Origin: Balanoglossus misakiensis
Taxonomy: Eukaryota; Animalia; Hemichordata
Assembly: GCA_040954595.2 (NCBI GenBank)
Contig: CM082576.2
Location: 6,761,129 to 6,825,128, forward strand
Direction: 5' to 3'
Length of the DNA: 64,000 nt
Part shown: positions 62,005 to 64,000 of the stretch, in pieces
How positions within the stretch are numbered: position 1 is the first letter of the stretch
Layout: the number at the start of each line of letters is the position of its first letter
Made by a program: the position numbers and the translations under genes
The notes under the pieces: generated by a model
Told to the model about the DNA's origin: nothing
Databases searched by the model: none
The model's input: only the letters and a program-made list of their open reading frames with translations

Positions 62005-64000
62005 GTAAGTGTTCTTCAGATATTCTGCCTGTCACATGATTCTCGCTTCCTTAATTCAATAGGTTTTGTTTTATGCAGGGAGGAGGGAGGGGGGGGGGGG
62101 TCAAAGGATAAGTGCATTAGCTGTATTTTATAAAAAGTTGACAACTTATTAGTAAGTTTCGACAGTCTTCATGACCCTTGTGACTTATGTTCTGTCATCA
62201 CAGTAAGCATACAGAACTTTTTTTCAGATGATAAAGTTAATTGTGAACTTCCATTTGTTGATCAACATGGCAGACGTCTACCATATTGATCTGCCAAATG
62301 AGTCGATCTTGCCTACATCAAGATGTGGTGTCTGAGAGTGTTTTAATATTCAGCCTTCAACCCTTGTGAAATTCTGTATTGTCCACACTGATATGTACAT
62401 ATGGGAGTTCGGTCAACATGACCTCCACACCACAATGGTGATGTTATCAAGTGCCCACATGGTCACTTGACAATGGTGTTCCGCCCATCTGGATTTCTCT
62501 GCAGTATAACTACAACTCATAAAAGATTGTTTTTATTGACATCCCTATCAGCTAAGAAGCGAGTTATTTGCATCATTGCATGTACTTTTTTTTATTTCAG
62601 ATGAGAGTGGAAAATTGTCACCGTAAAAGTTAGTATGGAAGGTTGTGTTCAGTACCGGTGCAATGCAATAACATTGATAAACGGTTGTAAAAAAAAACAT
62701 GGATATGGTCGGTGTGTTAGTTGAGGAAAGTACCTGGTATGGAAGTAGTATTTAAATTTAGCATAACACACATCTGTGCCTAGATGTACTGGTATAAATT
62801 ATATTGTCTACATAATTAAAATAATTGTATATGATCTTATGTGAAAAATTAAAAGGTAAATTTAATATATTCCTTTGAGTTCTAAATTCCAAAACACAAA
62901 AAATTCTGAAGTAGTCTATACATACTGTATGCATTATTTCATTGTGTGAGTATTTCAATATTAACTCGCCTGACTGTGCTGTGTTATAATGGTGGTTTAC
63001 CCTGGGAATACTTCTGTTACCGTACTGTGTAATATTACATTTTGCTGAAAAGTTGAGCTAAACACACCCACAAAATTAATAGGCTCAGTCGGCATCTTGA
63101 TCTATATTAATGACAAACCCCTACATGGAGATCATTAAACCAGAAATGAAAAGAAATTTAATTGTGATTAATTTTATGAGGGAGAGATTAATATCTGAAT
63201 GAATGGCCGTCAGCCTGATGATGGAGATAGAACAGGTTATATAACACAGAAGATTCAGTGTTATCTAAAGAGCTGGTTGATAGCTTTCAAGGTGAGAATG
63301 AAAAAAACCAAACAGAGGTAGTTGAACATATGAGAGGAATGTCTATCTAAAAAGTGTGATGACCAAATTGTGCATGATGGTGTGTGCATGTGATGGAATG
63401 TATTCTTAGTATTATCAAGTCTTGTTACTGCAGAGTGCTGTAGACACCCCATGAAGGGTAATCATTGCCCAGTGTCTGTCATTGCTGTATGAGGTATTTG
63501 TACAGGCTACGTGTGGATTGATGTGGCTGTGTGTAGTGGTAATAACCATGGAGAGTTGAGATCAAGCCAATCACAGATTTTCAGTGGAGGGCATGCAAAA
63601 GAGAGTGTGTCATCTCTTGGTCATGTGACTCACCCTATTGACCACATATGGGCATTTGTAAATGTGTATTCCTTTAATTCATTTATTTATTTATTTAAAA
63701 GAGAAAATGAAAAGTTATAAACCAGTATAGGTTTTACTTCCAACTGCAATTCACGCGACAGATGACATCATATTCTATTTCTGAGTTCAATACCTGCGTG
63801 GAATCATCCCAATTATGCACATCGTCTGAATCACTCACGGACCTTTGACCTTTGCCTGGCAAGGTCAGATATCCAAGTGGCTATCTCCTACAAAGTGTGA
63901 TTCAGCGTTGCCAAATTAAACTCCCCCTTCCCCCAACGATAACAAATGCACAAATAATTAATGCATGATGATGCATGCGTTGGAATTTGATGTAATTTTA

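Noticed and set aside
63546-63640. PWRVEIKPITDFQWRAC resembling the next atlastin exon (W..EPLTGFSWRGG)
   Set aside because: It is immediately preceded by two in-frame TAA codons with no usable acceptor and lacks the conserved GG..R.TTGI motif. Probably chance, although a decayed exon copy cannot be excluded.
1-64000. CRISPR array, prophage, prokaryotic defence system, autonomous transposon or U12 introns
   Set aside because: The DNA is spliced eukaryotic sequence. I saw no repeat-spacer array and no transposase or RT ORF, and all introns I resolved were ordinary GT-AG without a GTATCCTT donor.

Overview
Intron-rich, AT-rich animal genomic DNA with GT-AG introns. The compact genes and single-copy pre-WGD gene content suggest an invertebrate, possibly a deuterostome (inference; species not determined). 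Six spliced genes were reconstructed by eye: THADA (-, runs off the left edge), UNC79 (+, complete), MRPS10 (-, complete), DNAL1 (+, complete), a TRERF1/ZNF541/MIDEAS-family ELM2-SANT zinc-finger gene (+, complete) and the first coding exon of an atlastin (+). THADA/UNC79 and MRPS10/DNAL1 are head-to-head pairs. The best leads are: (1) a hidden in-frame 18-nt microexon in UNC79 with neural-microexon-type cis-elements; (2) a 143-bp palindrome whose mismatches form tandem GA pairs and a GATA loop on one strand only; (3) MRPS10-DNAL1-TRERF1/MIDEAS microsynteny that vertebrates split between ohnologous loci; (4) nested convergent CTCF-like motifs around the zinc-finger gene; (5) strong TACATGTA enrichment in its 13-kb intron. 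No database searches were run, so gene calls rest on recalled family motifs and splice-phase consistency. I found no tRNA, rRNA, CRISPR array or autonomous transposon.
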